The notes under the pieces were generated by a model. That model had not been told where the DNA came from. It worked only from the letters and a program-made list of their open reading frames with translations, and searched no databases. A program made the position numbers and the translations under genes. This document shows positions 38,906 through 50,780 of a stretch of DNA of 64,000 nucleotides, in pieces. Position 1 is the stretch's first letter. Each line of letters starts with the position of its first letter. The DNA comes from Marsupella aquatica (taxonomy: Eukaryota > Plantae > Marchantiophyta), in the NCBI GenBank assembly GCA_973895155.1, contig OZ316891.1:22711884-22775883 (forward strand). The letters run 5' to 3'.

Positions 38906-39565
38906 TCAAATCCAAGAAATGTGGCTCCTGGTAGGAGTGCCTAGTGTAGGATCAATGTCATGGTTAGGACAGTAAAACATCCCCTTCTTGGGCTGCCCAT
39001 GCGCTAAGTGATCCCAAATTGTTTGATCATGGGCAAATCCCCTTTGCTGGATAAACTGCAGGCAGTCCTTGTGCCATGCCTTAGGACACCTCATGCACTG
39101 AACCAAAAAGCCATTAGCCCCATCATTGGGCCCCTGTCCACAAGTGTGACAAATATGGAGTCCACATGATGCTGTGCCAGGAACCAAACACTGCCGACAG
39201 TAAAACCGGGCACAGAGAGGGTCTGGACATTTTCTTACCTCTTCACCAATTTTTCCAGACACATGGCACTTAAAGCAAGAATGTTCCTCATTCTTGCAGT
39301 CAACACAAAGCCATTCTCCAACATGGCCATCAGCCAGGGATATAGTTGGGCATAGCCATTGCTGACCCAAAGGACAGGAAACATTCTTATGGAAATGTCG
39401 GTGGCAAGGCCCATCACAAACAATGAGATCCCCTCCCTCATCACAAATTGCACATACATGTGGGCTAAATTGGTTAATCTCAATGTCTGAATATAAGGAC
39501 AATTGAGGTGCTTGAGAGGATTCACCTCTGCAATGATTCATGGCCTTCTGCTTATTGCGAGCCAT
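38906..39565 (-). CDS. Stand-alone EDM2-type composite PHD-finger protein (E2 cargo)
   Basis: Intact ORF from ATG 39565 (MARNKQKA): CAICDEGGDLIVCDGPC.RHFH, WLCVDC, VRKCPD..C.RFYC..CL, C.LH.C..C, C.RCPKAWH..CL, FYC..H.IDP...TP.R.HISW; collinear with 11581-12261. Confidence 0.88.
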   Translation of the reverse strand: MARNKQKAMNHCRGESSQAPQLSLYSDIEINQFSPHVCAICDEGGDLIVCDGPCHRHFHKNVSCPLGQQWLCPTISLADGHVGEWLCVDCKNEEHSCFKCHVSGKIGEEVRKCPDPLCARFYCRQCLVPGTASCGLHICHTCGQGPNDGANGFLVQCMRCPKAWHKDCLQFIQQRGFAHDQTIWDHLAHGQPKKGMFYCPNHDIDPTLGTPTRSHISWI

Positions 39566-42108
39566 GGTCCTACACACTCAGACCCTACATCAGATTGTGA
39601 AACAAGAAGGAATAACAGGGTTCAGCATGACACAAAAGAATGAGGGTGCAACATAAAATATGACATGTAACCACAAGGGTGCAGCATAAACCAATGCTTT
39701 ATGGATGGCAAAGCACTAGGACTGAGCAGCGCAAATAACCTTGGCCTATGATTGGAAGCAATCACAAATATTGCAACCTATATGCCTTCGCCTGCTGTCC
39801 AGCAGTGCTCACTCACCCTGCCTTTTTAAAATCTGTAAGGGCAACACAGAACAAATAGCAATTGAGTTTCAGCAAAGCATTGGTTCTCAAGTTTTAAAAT
39901 GGACAGACTTGTTTCATTGCCTGCCTTGTGCGCAGCAGGCTAAGACCGATCAGGGCAAACAAAGCATTTGACACAACAATGTGCACAAAAAAGCACAGAG
40001 AGCAACAAAACTCCAGCAAACTGGGACTCAGGCAAGAGATACAAATTTCAGCAGCGAAATCAAATCAAGATTTGGACCTGTAAGTTCAACATGCAAACCA
40101 TTAAAGGTGACACACACTTCCCCAAAGGTCCCAAGCCTTCTACATCTTAAGGTGCTGGACACATCTGTTATAGAACCGTAAGTTATTGTACTCTCAACAA
40201 GCTTTCTCCTTGTGAGCTTTCTCATGTTTTAAGCTCCATTCGCTGCGCATAAGAAAGTCAGAAGTACAATGAACTTTCTAATGCAACAATGTGCTATTAA
40301 CAGGACGTGATGGAGAGAACTGTCTGACACAATGAGAGTGAATTGTTTAAGTACATTCATCATATATAATGTCAAATGGTACATAGCAATTAAGGCAGCG
40401 AATAGTTCATGTATTTTTAACTTGAAATTCGGATTCAAGTAGGGAGAGCTATAAATTTATATATTCAAGTAGTGAGAGCTACAAATTTAAATTTGCTGGG
40501 ACAGTTTTCCACTTCTGGATCCTGTTGCGCTTTATATACAGCAGCAACCTGAGCTCCATGAATTCATTTTTTATAGACCAGCTTTTGACCACGGCTACAA
40601 CTTCAAAACAATCACCCAATCAAATCATGACAAAACCCACCTGCAAGCTGAACACAGAGGACAGAGACAAGAAAATCTGTGAAAGAAAGTAGAGCGCAAC
40701 AGAGATCCAACATACGCAGATTTTCGTCATTCAGTGGGTCTTCACTAGGTCTGGGCTATGGTACTGTCAAGGGCAAGTCCCTCTCTGCAAGGATTAACAG
40801 CCGGTGATTCTATATACTTCAATGCCTCACTCAGCTTAGACCTCTTGTATATTAACACTGGGGTCTAAGGCACAGGTTGAAAGCATTGCCATCTGTTGCA
40901 TGAACTTCACCAAATGGGATGTGGACTGGAGAGATGGAAACGGAGAATGATACTTGGCCAGAGAGAATCAGTGAGACCTGAGTTACACATCTAGTATTGT
41001 TTGTTAGCTTAGTGCTCTATAGGTGCCTATGTGTACAAGGTTGAGAACCTCCACATATATGTAGATAGAGTCTAAGTGGTGGTAAAATTCTACTCGCGCT
41101 TGGCCCAAACTTCAAAACAGGTATACCGTGAGGTCAATGACAAAGCGAACCAACCGTTTGGAATACTATAAAATACCTGCGATAGTTTAAGCTCTTCTTG
41201 AGACACTAGGCTCGATCACCAAACTTCAATAACCGACTCTTATATCTTCATTCCCTACTAAACCCCAAACCAAGGGCTGCCTTCAACAATTCTCAAAATA
41301 TGGGGCCTCATCAAATATATGATTGTGCTCTACATACTGGCAGAGGATTTGATCACTACTACATATTGGCCCCTTTTGCGAAGCTTTTTTTTGACGTAGG
41401 GATGGTCTTGTGATGTCATCGACTTCAGATATTTTGTGATCAAACACGCATCACAATAAACCATGCTCAAAGGTTCGCAACATGGTGTTGCAAAGCTAAA
41501 TACCTCGCAATTTGTTTGAGATCGGATTGAATTTGCAACTCTTTCAGATACTATTCGTCTCGCAAAGTATTTGTGGATCCGCGACCATCGCGACTGCATT
41601 TGGATCTCTTTTGTTTCATAATTTAGCGATAATAATGTACTCAAATATATCTTGTGAACCTATTAGCTTCGCACAATATTGTGAAGTATAAATAGTCGCA
41701 AGTTACCGAATCCAGTTGATTCGCAAAATTGAGAACCCATTGGCATCACAATTACCGATGGTGTGTTATTCACAAAGTGTTCAAAAGTTGCTTCTTGACA
41801 AGCCTGAAAATGTTTTGCAAAGAGAGTTGTTTGAAAATTTTGTAGAATGGAAATGTTTGAGAGAGTTTCTTTACAAGATGGAGAATGCATGTGTTTAGGT
41901 TACAGCTAGGGTTTTCAAAAAGGTGGCATGCATGCGGATAGCTTTGGAAACGGCTAGGGTTGCATATATAACAGTGAGATGAAATTTCAAAGTCCAATTA
42001 AGTGTTTGTAAAACAAAAGAAGAAAAGTAATATGTTAATATAAATAAAACCATGATAGTTAGTTTAGGGTCAAATTTTGGGCCCACAACAAGTTTTACTA
42101 CTAGTGCA

Positions 42109-45100
42109 TCAAACCTGGTCCTCATCCTCGCCTCCATTTGATACAATAATAACGTCAGGTTTTTCCGAGATAATGGAACGGGACCGTGGCACATACGGTA
42201 TAACAACTGACCACTCTAGGTCTGGTGGGTACGGAATATAGAAACACTGCTCAAGGTGACTTGGGAATGTAAATGGTTCAGATGTTTGCCAATGAGATGG
42301 TTGAAAGCTAGTTGCTGATGTCTTCAGTCGAGTAAACCCACACTCATCAAGAAGTACCGTGCGATTATCACCAACCAGGTGAATTTTGAACCACTTACAC
42401 ATGAAGACATACTCTTCAAATTTGGAATTGGCATCATAGGATATGATCAAGATCTCCTCAATCTTCCCATAGTGAGGCACCACATCTCTGATCACATTAG
42501 TGTCATGACGGCTACTTTGTGAATCTTGCATGAACTGCCCTTGAACTCCACAATCAAAAGTTCTTCCCCTCTTCTCATCAAGGTCAGAAATCCTGAAATG
42601 CCTCCCTTGTGTCCACATTGCTGTTCTGGTTTGAACAAGTCTTAAAGGACCATGAACAATTGTTCAAACCTCAGGAGTCATATCTGGAAAATGTGATACA
42701 TTCTCACCTTGGGCCACCATAGCATCCAACTGAAGTACTTTCTCCTTCATATACTCAAGGAACTTTGGAAAGATCCTTGGGCGACGACTCTCCCTCTTTG
42801 CATCCTCATAAAACTCTCTCCAATCTTCCATCACATTGCTGTTACTCAACATGAAAGTACTAACCTGTATCAACTCCACTGCGGTTAGTAAGCGTGTTTT
42901 TTTTGCACCTGTTAAACGGTCCTCCTCCACTTCCCTCTCTTCCATCCAAGTGCGTGGACAACTAGGATGAATGGTAGCTAAGATGTTACTACAATAAAAC
43001 ATACTCTCAGCTGCCAAGTATCCAGTTGCCATGCTCCCCTCCACTCGTGCACGGTTCCGTACATAAGCCTTTAACACGGCCATATACCTTTCCAGCCAAT
43101 ACATCCACCTACAATGCACTGGACCAGCGATGGCAACCTCCCTCACAAGATGAACGAGAAGATGCACCTAACAATCAAAGAAGGAAGGAGGGAGGGCCTT
43201 CTCCAACTTGCATACCACCTCTGCTGCCAATACCTCCATCCGTGGTATCTCTTCTTCATATATTTCCTTTGAGCATATCCATCTCAACAAAGTGCCCAGT
43301 GACCAAAGGGCGTCTTGCACTTCTTCACTCCCCAAACCTATGATTGCCACAGGAAGTATATGTTGTAGTAAACGATGATAGTCATGTGTCTTGAGATACA
43401 TTGGCCATTTATGACTGCCCTCCATCCCAAAAGCCTTATGTAGATTGGCACCATAGCCTATAGGAAACCGCATCTGCCCTATGCATTGTCGAAACTCTCT
43501 TCTTTCACCAACACTCAAAACCCATGGAGCTGAAGGACGATGTTCCATCCCTGTGGATTCATCAATTGTTATCCATACATCTGGATGTCGTTCTAGATCC
43601 TGGCATGCCTCCAAAATTAATGTTCTTTTCCCCATAAAAGTGCTTGATCAAAGCCTTCCCAACATTTCCCTCTATATGCATGGGATCTAACAAGTGATGA
43701 ATCTTCAACTCAGGCCAATAGGGCAAAGTGGCCAGTATACCCCACCTTGTCAATCCACTACCATCAAATCCCATGGCATCTTCAGGGTCTGCCACCCTAT
43801 CAGCTATGGATTTCCAATACAAAAATGTTGTGCGGTCAGGTATCTCACGCTCATCACCATTGATCATGTCAAAGTCTGAAAACAAAAGGGGGTCAGACCT
43901 CATGTGATGCCCAAGTGGAAGAAACTTGGTATGACCAAGGTAGATTATCTTGTGCAGCCATTTTGAGTACTTGGCCATATCGTGAAGGCTTGGACCACAA
44001 GTGGAGCATGCCTTGTACCCTTGAGTTTGGAACCCAGAAACAAACCCAAACCCTGCTCACAAAATAACATTCTCAATTAGAGTCAAAGGAATTGAAAAGT
44101 TCATGTACATAGAATTAAAGAGGGACTTCCTTCCAAACAAACTTGATCTCCAATACATGAAAAAAATACAAATCCATACCACTCACCTGGATAGTCATGC
44201 ATGGTCCACATAATGATTTCCTTCAATTGGAAGACACGTGGTAACCCTCCTGTAGTTGTCCGACCATCATATGCCCATACACCCCCCCATAATTTATGGA
44301 GTTCCCCAACCAAGAGCGCCAAGTAGGTGTCCATGTTTTTTACCTTAGATGGACCTGGGATAATCAATGATAGCAATAAGAATCCCTTTTTCATGGACAA
44401 CCATGGGGGAAGGTTGTAATTCATAACAACCACCGGCCAAACCGAAGTAGGGCGCCCATTCCCTCCAAGGGAGTGTGGGCTTACCCCATCTGATGCCAAC
44501 CCCAACCTCACATGACGAGGGTCACGTGCAAACTCTGGCCATTGTGACTCCACATGCTTGTGAGCAGGGGAATCAACTGGCAACCGCATGACACCGGCCT
44601 CTGATCGATGTGTCTTATGCCATACCATCAATTCTCCCAAGTCAGAACATCGGTACATGTGCAACAATTGAGGAATAATAGGAAACCAACAAACAACTTT
44701 TCTAGCTAGGCACCTTTGAGGTCAACATGTTGGTTTCATATCGAGGCTCTTGACAAATTGGACACTGAGTTGCGTTGGCATTGGTCTCATGATAGAGAAT
44801 GCAGTCATTCACACAAGCATGAATGATATGGTATTCCATGCCAATAGATGATAGAACCCTCTTTGCCTCCTTCCAAGTTCCTGGCAACACATTTTCACTA
44901 GGTAACAAGAGATCATGGCAAATTGCAAACAAATCCGATAGTAGCGCATTGCTTGCCTTGTGTTTTGCCTGAAGATTCATCAATGCCAAGATGGCAGATA
45001 GTCTATTCAAACGAGCACCCCCATAAATAGGTGTTCTAGCATGTGCCTCAGCTTCTTCCCATTGTTTTTGTCCTTCAGGTGTACGTTGAGGCCTTGGATC

Positions 45101-45379
45101 ATGTGCAACATTTGGTGGAGGGTCTCCTTCATTGGGTGGGACACCTCCTTCACCACCAATGTCTACATCAAACCAATCTGTCATGAAGTCATCCATGGTT
45201 GACTCTTGGTCTTGCATGACCTCATAATCTGTCTGAGGTTCCCCTTCATCTAGACTGTCATTATCATTGTCACTTGATGAGGAATCTGCTGATGATGTTT
45301 CCCCGTCTTGTGGCAAGCCCATTTCTTGATATGTAGCTCTCAACCTCCTTGGCAACATATCTTGACTAGGCCGCACATT
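42109..45379 (-). pseudogene. E3 Tnp2-type transposase (exons 2 onward), with stops and frameshifts
   Basis: IHACVNDCILY..CPICQEPRY, RHVRLGLASDGVSP, NYNLPPW, HDYPG|intron, DPMHIEGN, LKTHDYH, PPSFFD, RWMYWLERYM, EPFTFPSHLEQCFY. Confidence 0.92.
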
Positions 45380-45529
45380 CTATAGACAATACAATAAAGC
45401 ATTCACAATGAAATTAATGCCAAATATAGTAGTGCTCGAAACATATTATTAACAATATAAAAAGAACATGTCATTACAAATTATACGTTCACATACGATG
45501 AACATATAATACATGTCCCTAAAGTAATC

Positions 45530-46345
45530 CTAATCCCATTCATAATGTGTAAACAACTCCTCTCCAGCCAGAATGGTCCTATTAGCTACAACTAGACAAT
45601 GGTCATGATGATATCTCTGCCCATAAGGGGCTGGAGGGGGACCATCAACAAAAACCCATTCACAGTTTTTCCTACGCTTAGGCCGGGTCCCCACAGTACT
45701 GTTGATGAAACCGGCAATATTCCCACTACGGATGGGATTACCATCAATTATACGCTGGTCACAATACTTTCTGGTGCAACTATCAAAAGTATCCATGTCC
45801 AATGCATAAGTCTTCCACTCAGGGTGTTGAACAAGGATCATGTTCCAATGTCTCCTCTTGTAAATGGGTCCACCATACGGGAACAACGTTGGTCCATCTG
45901 AAGAGCGCCCTTTTCCACCCATATCATCCACAATAATGTCCTGACAAGAGAAAATCCCATACCCATGCCTCTCCCCTAGGGTCGAACTCTTGACAACCCA
46001 ACGTCTTCCCCAAACTTCTATCTCCTCACCATAGGTTATATCACATGGCAAACCAAGGCACTCCGGATTCCAATCCTTTATGATAGGAACACACTTCCCT
46101 GTGAAGGTACAAGGGCCCCATCTACCATCAACCCTATAAGTGTACTGATCCACTTCCCCTCTAGGCTGTCTTTTTGACTTTTTTTTCCCTCTTGTAACAA
46201 TACTGTCACCCTGAATTGTCCCAACACTACCTTGCCCTGCTGCCACTAAATGAAAAGCTTGTGAAAGTGCCGAGCCTATAGCATCTAGAACTCCTTGTGA
46301 GGGAACATAGGGTGTTGGTGTAGTGGGTGTAGGCCTACTGGATAC
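45530..46345 (-). CDS. SET-domain (lysine methyltransferase-like) terminal exon inside the E3 transposase gene
   Basis: Open from acceptor TTCCTATAG|46345 to stop. VVKSS..GYGIFSCQDI, FPYGG, YALD, IDG...GNIAGFINS, NC, VVANRTILAGEELFTHY are SET signature motifs; no post-SET Cys cluster. Confidence 0.85.
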   Translation of the reverse strand, partial: VSSRPTPTTPTPYVPSQGVLDAIGSALSQAFHLVAAGQGSVGTIQGDSIVTRGKKKSKRQPRGEVDQYTYRVDGRWGPCTFTGKCVPIIKDWNPECLGLPCDITYGEEIEVWGRRWVVKSSTLGERHGYGIFSCQDIIVDDMGGKGRSSDGPTLFPYGGPIYKRRHWNMILVQHPEWKTYALDMDTFDSCTRKYCDQRIIDGNPIRSGNIAGFINSTVGTRPKRRKNCEWVFVDGPPPAPYGQRYHHDHCLVVANRTILAGEELFTHYEWD

Positions 46346-46457
46346 CTATAGGAAGAAATGGAACCAAGTGAGTGTGATGAACCTCCCAAATTTTATTTTA
46401 TGCTACCTAGCAAGATTTACAAAATAAAATGGAAATCACAGTAAGTTTACAACTCAC

Positions 46458-46691
46458 CATACGGGATGAAGAAGCTCCCGGTGTAAGACCTCGATGTTGG
46501 CCATATCGAGCAATGTGCTCCGCACATACATATGACTTTTGGACAACCATCCCCACACATTTTTTACAACCACAAAGTTGGCGTGGTGGACCACTAGGTC
46601 AACGTATGGTTGGTTCAGGCTGAGGAGGAGGACGACTTTCTTCATCGGAAGAGGAATCTGATGTGGTGGAAGTTGTAGAGGATGAAGACAT
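46458..46691 (-). pseudogene. E3 first coding exon: transposase-associated Zn motif
   Basis: 78 codons, MSSSS..DSSSDEE..R*PSGPPRQLCGCKKC...AEHIARYG..SSRM|GTGAGT; phase-0 donor; one TGA (probably CGA to TGA). Confidence 0.75.
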
Positions 46692-47122
46692 CTGACAAGT
46701 ATAGCAATTGGAAGGCGATTAGTAAAAACTTCACCAAAACCATTGATAATCCCTACCTAAACATATTAAAAATAATTGACAGAAAAATACCTTTATGAGA
46801 CCCGGGCTTAGCAATGCCTTGACGGATCTTGTGGCTCAAATTTCATGAACCAAATCTGGAAGGAGGGGAAAATCTGCCAATATACAATGAATTAAGCCAT
46901 GCCTTATGGTGAACCAGAAAAAAAGGATGATAGATTGTAACCCTCCATATTTACAGCAATGACTAGAAATGCATGAGAAAATGTTATACCTTTCAGATGC
47001 CCGGGCTCTCGCAAGGCATTATCATGCATTAGCCAAAACTTTAAAAAACATGGGGAAGTGCCCTACAACGCCAAAGAGTTTTCCTCTCCATGTTAATGAG
47101 ATAGACAAAGAAATATAAGTAG

Positions 47123-47960
47123 CCCAAACCCTACCCTAAACCCAAACCATGAAATGAAACCCTTCATTAAAACCTAACCCAAATCCCTCAATCACCCTAA
47201 ACCCTTACCCTTATCCTAACCAATACCCAAATCCCTCATTAAAAATTCAAACCTTTACCCTAAACCCAAACCCCTACCCTAAACCCAAACCATGAAATGA
47301 AACCCTTCATTAAAATCTAACCCAAATCCCTCAAGCACCCTAAACCCTTACCCTTATCCTAACCAATACCCAAATCCCTCATTAAAAATTTAAACCTTTA
47401 CCCTAAACCCAACCCAAATCCCCCAATTACATATAAAACCCTTACCCTATCTACACCTCACTTTACCTATATAGGCCAACTCCCACCTCTATAGTTATTC
47501 TAAACTTCACCCTAACCCCTAAATTGAGGCCCTTTTTTAAAACTTAAGCAAAAATTGTACCCCCTCAATTAGAACCAAATCCAACCCTATATCATGTTAC
47601 ACCCCAACCCAAACACTTACATTAGAAACCCAACCCCTTTAAAAAAACCACAATTAAACCCCCCAACTAAAAACCAAACCCAATCCCTTTAAAAAACAAC
47701 CACAATTCAACCCCTCAACTAAAACCAAACCCAACCCCTGTAATTACTCACAACCTAATGCAAACCTCTACCTTGAACCCTAAGCCAAACCCATTAATTT
47801 AAACCCAACCCTTTTATTCCAACCTAACCCAAGTTTTAACCCCCTTAATTAAACCAAATACTCCTAGATTAAAACCAAATATAAACCTAACCTTTAATTA
47901 AACCCAAACCTTTGTTAACTTATATTCTAGTTATCCTTACAACCCAAACATCCATTGACA
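47123..47960. repeat. Degenerate telomere-like (CCCTAAA/AAACCC) tract including a 143-bp tandem duplication
   Basis: Nearly G-free strand rich in CCCTAAACCC; CATGAAATGAAAC at 47148 and 47291. Confidence 0.85.
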
Positions 47961-48408
47961 CCCCTTCCATGTTAACTTATGGGCACTTAACATACCTTAA
48001 ATGTCGTTTGACAAACCTTAATAGCCGTTTGACACCCCAAAGTGTTTTCCAACCCTAAACCAATAAGACCTGCCTCGCAAATTATTTCACAAGTTAGAGA
48101 ATCTTTTTGCGAACCTACGACCTTCGCACTTACTTCGCAAAAACAAAGGCCGAGAATGATTTTTTGGGTCTTCTGCGGGTTGCGATGGCTTTGCAAAGGG
48201 AATAGATTCGGAAGTGCCTTGCAAGTTGCGAGACTATTTGCGAGGGCGCGGGCTTCGCAGTTTCCCATGCGTATGTCATCGCAAACCCGTTTTTGAACGG
48301 CGTAAACATTGGCGGGAGCTCGCATTCGGGCTCATTTCAGTTTTTGAGCGAGACGAGAAGGGCCGGGCACGCGCAACAGTACGAGGGAGACTGTGAGAAA
48401 GGGGAGCT

Positions 48409-50780
48409 ATGGCTACCGGTGAGGGGAGTGGAGGGCAAGGTGGTAGTGGTAGTGGTAGTGGCAATGGGGGAAATCCAGAGAAAGAGAAGAATGCCTGGGC
48501 AGACTTAGTGGCCCAACATCTCAGTGCTGCATAATTGGGAGAAGTGAATCTCAATTCTCCAGCAGGGCTTGCCTCTTTGAGTGCCATTCTTGGACAGGTT
48601 TTGCAAACTGGGATTGTAGCAGGACAAGCTACTAGAGAGGGGGAGGAGAGGGCCGCAGCTGAAGAGAAGGCTAGAGAGAAAAAAAGGAAGAGAGAGGAAA
48701 GAACTAAGTCGGGAGTTGCCTCTCCTCAAGCCCTAGAGAAGCAGAAGAGAAGAGAGGAGAGAGATTCAATTCAAAAATAGAGGGAGGAGCAACGTCAGAA
48801 AGAGGAAGCAAGAAAAAAAACTTCCATTCATTGCCTTGGAGACGAGTGGGACTCCAACTGAGCTAGCGTATGTAGGGGCTAAGAGCACAATCAAGCAGAT
48901 TATCACAAGCAATTTCTCACGAGGCATGCAGTGGGGGAAGATTGAGAAGGCAGAGCGAAAGAGGGTCATCAACCAAATCAAGGATGCATTTTGCAATGGG
49001 CCTAACATAGATGAGCAATGGTTGGCAGATAAGATTTCAAATTCTATGTCTCAAATGCGATACCATGACAGGATGAAGATTAGAGCCCACCTGAAAGACT
49101 TGAGATTATACAGGAACTTGCGCAGACCCCTCCACTTCACCGAGGACATCTGGAATTTGTTTTACAAGATTGAGGTGCAAATTAAGGCAGCTCACGAGTT
49201 GGAAGAGTGGAAGGGCAATCTAGATCGAGCCTTGAAAGCAAAGGAGGCCGGGAAGCTCCCCCCTGACCACGACCTGAAGCCACTTGAGCAGAAGGTAGCT
49301 GAGATGCAGACTCGGGGGAGTCACTTCCACGGAAGTGACACATCACGTGCGACGAAGTATAGGCCCATTTAAATGGGTGTGGCGGAAGACTTCCAAAGTT
49401 TGGTGGAAGAACACATAGGGCATGTTTTATTGATTGGTCGACTTTAAAGAACACATAGGCCTATTTAATTGCAAAAAATACTTTCTATAAAGTTTTTAGG
49501 GGTTTTTTAATAAAAAATGACAAAATTTTAAGAAAGAAAGGGCTTTGCAAAAAAATATTTTTCACTTTAAAGTTAGGGGGGTCAAACCCTAAAACGTCGC
49601 ACGCGATGTATGACCCTCCATATAGTGACCCCCCCGAGGATGCAGAAGGTGGCCGACCAGGAGGGAAAGCCACCCAAGCGTTTCACAAATGCAGCCAAAC
49701 GAGTGAAATCCACCCCCAATCCAGTCCACAAGTTGGGTCAAGGCGGGCTCCCCGGCCTCAAGTCACACTTTGTGAGTGCCTCTTGCTCCTCCCTAACCTC
49801 TCTATTCCTTTCAGAGTTGTGCAATGCAAGTGAATGACATCCCCGAAGGTTCTTGCTGTTGTGCATGCTTGCTTGGTTACTAGTTTAGGGCAACTCTGAC
49901 ACTTAGAATTTTTGGCAAATTTTTAAAAACTCTCGGGAACACAGTTTGCGAAGGTGTTGCGATGCGCATTTGTTCGCAAACCCCTCGCAAAGTCTATCAT
50001 GGACTTTTTCCATTTCAATTTTCCGATGCCTTTGCGAACAAATGCGCATCGCAAACTCCATCGCAACGCCTTCGCAAAAAAAGGTGGTTTGCAAGTTGCT
50101 ATGCTTATAGGTTCGCAAATTTGAATTTTAAAATTGTTTTGGGTCATGTTTAGTAGTTGAGGATTTAGGCGTCACTTGTGGCTATAGGGTATGCTTAAGG
50201 GCAAATTTAACCAATTTTAATTGGTTTTATGCATGGCAGTATCGGAGGTACAAAAGGAAGATATCAAAAAAGCATATTGAGGTGGCGATAGAGCATGGAC
50301 GAAAGTACCTCTTTGCGATGGTAGATGCCGAGTTGGCTACTGTAAGTGTCTAAGTGTGAACCATATGATTAGCATGCAAAGATTGTGAGTGAATCTTTAT
50401 GTCTTGCGGAAACTAGTGATATGTAATGGATGCAGGATTCGGATGAGCCTGAGGGGTCGGGTGCTGATGTGACCAGTAGTGATGACGATGAGGGGGCTAC
50501 TCCTGGTACTAGTGGTGCTCGGGGGGGGAGTAGTCGTGAGGTAGGTTCTTCCCATCGTGGTAGTGGTGGTAGTCGTGTGTCATCAGCACACGTTGATGAC
50601 CAGGGGGAGGAGGAGGACCCTGAGGATGAGGAGCAGGAGGGGCAGGAGGAGCCAGAGGAGCAGCAGGAGCAGGAGCGCCGACGGCCATCACGCACCCGTC
50701 ACCAACAGGATCCCCGGAAGGATAAGGGCAAGAAGCCAGCCAAGAAGCCAACCAAGAGGAGCCGCAAGAGTCCATTCTAG
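48409..50780 (+). pseudogene. E3 TnpA/Ptta-like gene, divergent from the transposase
   Basis: W.KI...RKRVINQIK..F......WL..KI...M...R....P..F..DIW and STPNPVHKLGQGG resemble the E1 TnpA core; stops at 48532 and 48778, a poly-A frameshift, a MITE insertion, introns and an acidic last exon (50430-50780). Confidence 0.65.
49311..49638. mobile_element. 328-bp MITE with 8-bp TSD
   Basis: TIR CTCGGGGGAGTCACT vs CTCGGGGGGGTCACT (14/15). TSD GATGCAGA at 49303-49310 and 49639-49646. Removal restores the frame AEMQ-KVADQ. Confidence 0.92.

Noticed and set aside
42092-42106. TIR-like CACTAGTAGTAAAAC (reverse strand) just after the E3 transposase stop
   Set aside because: No partner end with a matching TSD was found, and E3 already has a consistent TIR/TSD pair.
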